Shown here: one piece after another, positions 62,512 to 64,000 of the stretch | How the letters are laid out: every line of letters starts with the position of its first letter | Position numbering within the stretch: the stretch's first letter is position 1 | DNA from: Neodothiora populina | Taxonomy: Eukaryota | Assembly: GCF_041146345.1 (NCBI RefSeq) | Contig: NW_027191417.1 | Location: forward strand, 930,001 to 994,000 | Length of the DNA stretch: 64,000 nucleotides | Direction of reading: 5' to 3' | Notes under the pieces: generated by a model | Seen by the model: the letters and a program-made list of their open reading frames with translations, nothing else | What the model was told of the DNA's origin: nothing | Database searches by the model: none | Program-made: the position numbers and the translations under genes

Positions 62512-64000
62512 ATGAACTCCTCCCCAAAGCCTATCTCACAGAATGTCTGGCACGATGGCTGTAACAGTAGCGCACCCCGACCGTCAAATGTTTCTTCTCT
62601 GACGCAAGGTCTCAAATCGCACATCGTCATGACCGTCACGTCTTCCCCTGTCGGGTCGAGAGGTCCATCCTCGACCTCGAGCAGTCCCCGCAATACTTTT
62701 CTGCCGTCGAGTCAGGCAGCCAGATCTACTCCGGACAGGTACTCTGATCGCAACAACTCGTGGCAAACAAGATCCCCTCCTTTGATGTCTCTTCCTCAAC
62801 CAGCTTACGCCGAGTCGACGTCTGCTATCTCGTCGTCGCCTACTGTGTCTTATGCTTCAATGAGTGAGGCCTTCAACATGTCCAAGGGCACGGGGCTGAT
62901 CCGTAGGCTGTCACGAGGCGCTCACAACCGTCTTCGACGACGCCCCTCCACGACGCAAACTAATCGTATACGGGATCAAAGTGCAGGTCCGGTCCTGGTG
63001 CGGAGGCGAAGCGACAGTACTGGAGCGGCCGACCTTGCTGGTGACATGTCTGACCTGGAGTTGGAGCGTACATCAGAAGATGGCGGAGAGGAAGCTTTGC
63101 CGACCATTTCATCCTCAGAGCCCACTAACACATCTGCATTGCATACAATTCGCAAGATGAATACGTCGCCCATATTAGAAGGTGGTGTAGCTCCGACCAT
63201 ATCCTCGGTGCTGGAGCAGGGCACGTGGCTCATCAAGGTGACCAAGAAGAAGCGGAAGATGTTGAAGTTCCGCCTTGATCCCTTAGCCGCAAAGGTTTGT
63301 TGGAATGCAACAAACCCAACTAAACAATTCTACATTGATGATGTTCGCGACATTCGAACAGGTCCGGACGCCAGGAGCTCGCGCCAGGACATCAATGGAT
63401 CCCTAGAGCAGGAAGGTTGTTGGATGACCATCGTCTATGACGCCCAAGAACGCTCTAAGGGACAGTCCATCAAAACCATGCATCTTATCGCTCCGAACGG
63501 GTATATCGCGAAGCTCTGGACGGATGCTTTGAACGTTGTATCTAGGGAGAGAATCGAGATTATGAACGCGCTCTCGGCTAGCCACGACAAAAGCGAACGC
63601 AGCATGAGAATGGCATGGAAACAGGCCATGGCTCGCAGAGGGGTAAACGCTGATCAGAAAGTCGACTTTGAGGATGCGAAGTGGATCTGTCGCAAGCTCG
63701 AGATCAACTGCTCTTTGGACGCCATGCGAACGCATTTCAACCAGGCTGACCGCGATCTCATTGGCATGCTTACCTATCCTCAATACGAGTATTTTGTGAG
63801 TCTTTTTAAGAGTCGAAAGGACGTACAAGCAATCTACAACCAGACGAAACCAGCAAGCGAACGAGAGATGAGTCTTGCCACGTTTCTTGGATTCTTGAGA
63901 GATACTCAAGGCGTTGACGTCGACAAAGACCTTACCACTTGGGAAAACAGATATGAGCTGTACTGCCGCAGCGCGGTGTCACGGACTTCTGAGCCTGCAT
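62512..64000 (+). CDS. PLC1: Phosphoinositide phospholipase C, 5' part (runs off the window)
   Basis: Open frame from ATG 62512 to the window end, absent from the ORF track because there is no stop. It contains GLIRRLSRGA, RDQSAGPVLVRRRSDS, a PH domain (LEQGTWLIKVTKKK...KVCW...FYIDDVRDIRTG) and an EF-hand-like region (ICRKLEINCS...FLRDTQG). Confidence 0.88.
   Translation, partial: MNSSPKPISQNVWHDGCNSSAPRPSNVSSLTQGLKSHIVMTVTSSPVGSRGPSSTSSSPRNTFLPSSQAARSTPDRYSDRNNSWQTRSPPLMSLPQPAYAESTSAISSSPTVSYASMSEAFNMSKGTGLIRRLSRGAHNRLRRRPSTTQTNRIRDQSAGPVLVRRRSDSTGAADLAGDMSDLELERTSEDGGEEALPTISSSEPTNTSALHTIRKMNTSPILEGGVAPTISSVLEQGTWLIKVTKKKRKMLKFRLDPLAAKVCWNATNPTKQFYIDDVRDIRTGPDARSSRQDINGSLEQEGCWMTIVYDAQERSKGQSIKTMHLIAPNGYIAKLWTDALNVVSRERIEIMNALSASHDKSERSMRMAWKQAMARRGVNADQKVDFEDAKWICRKLEINCSLDAMRTHFNQADRDLIGMLTYPQYEYFVSLFKSRKDVQAIYNQTKPASEREMSLATFLGFLRDTQGVDVDKDLTTWENRYELYCRSAVSRTSEPA

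Overview
This is nuclear DNA of a filamentous ascomycete (Pezizomycotina; Dothideomycetes-like is only an impression). It is intron-rich with GT-AG introns and CTRAY branch points. About 22 protein genes can be read, mostly conserved housekeeping: COQ3, a DUF3074/START-like protein, a Kv-beta-type aldo-keto reductase, a large Zn2Cys6 factor, AP-1 gamma adaptin, sterol O-acyltransferase, SEN15, URB2, MIC10, a ZIP7/YKE4 zinc transporter, a GH72 glucanosyltransferase, a CECR5-type HAD hydrolase and the 5' part of PLC1. Most ORFs in the supplied track are antisense or shadow frames. Several real genes (the 8.7-9.2 kb gene, MIC10, PLC1) only appear after manual splicing. The best leads are: (1) a compact candidate catabolic cluster at 8.7-13.7 kb, made of an uncharacterised ~120-aa protein, an FAH-superfamily enzyme and a C2H2 factor, with dense SYGGRG sites in the shared promoter and the factor's own promoter; (2) a REDIC1/HEIP1-like putative meiotic gene that may be truncated; (3) a hairpin-rich intergenic segment at 60.9-61.4 kb that could be a structured RNA; (4) a GC-AG intron in MIC10; and (5) a uORF whose stop overlaps the PLC1 start. 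No transposase, CRISPR array, rRNA or canonical tRNA could be supported. All family assignments come from motif recognition, not database searches.
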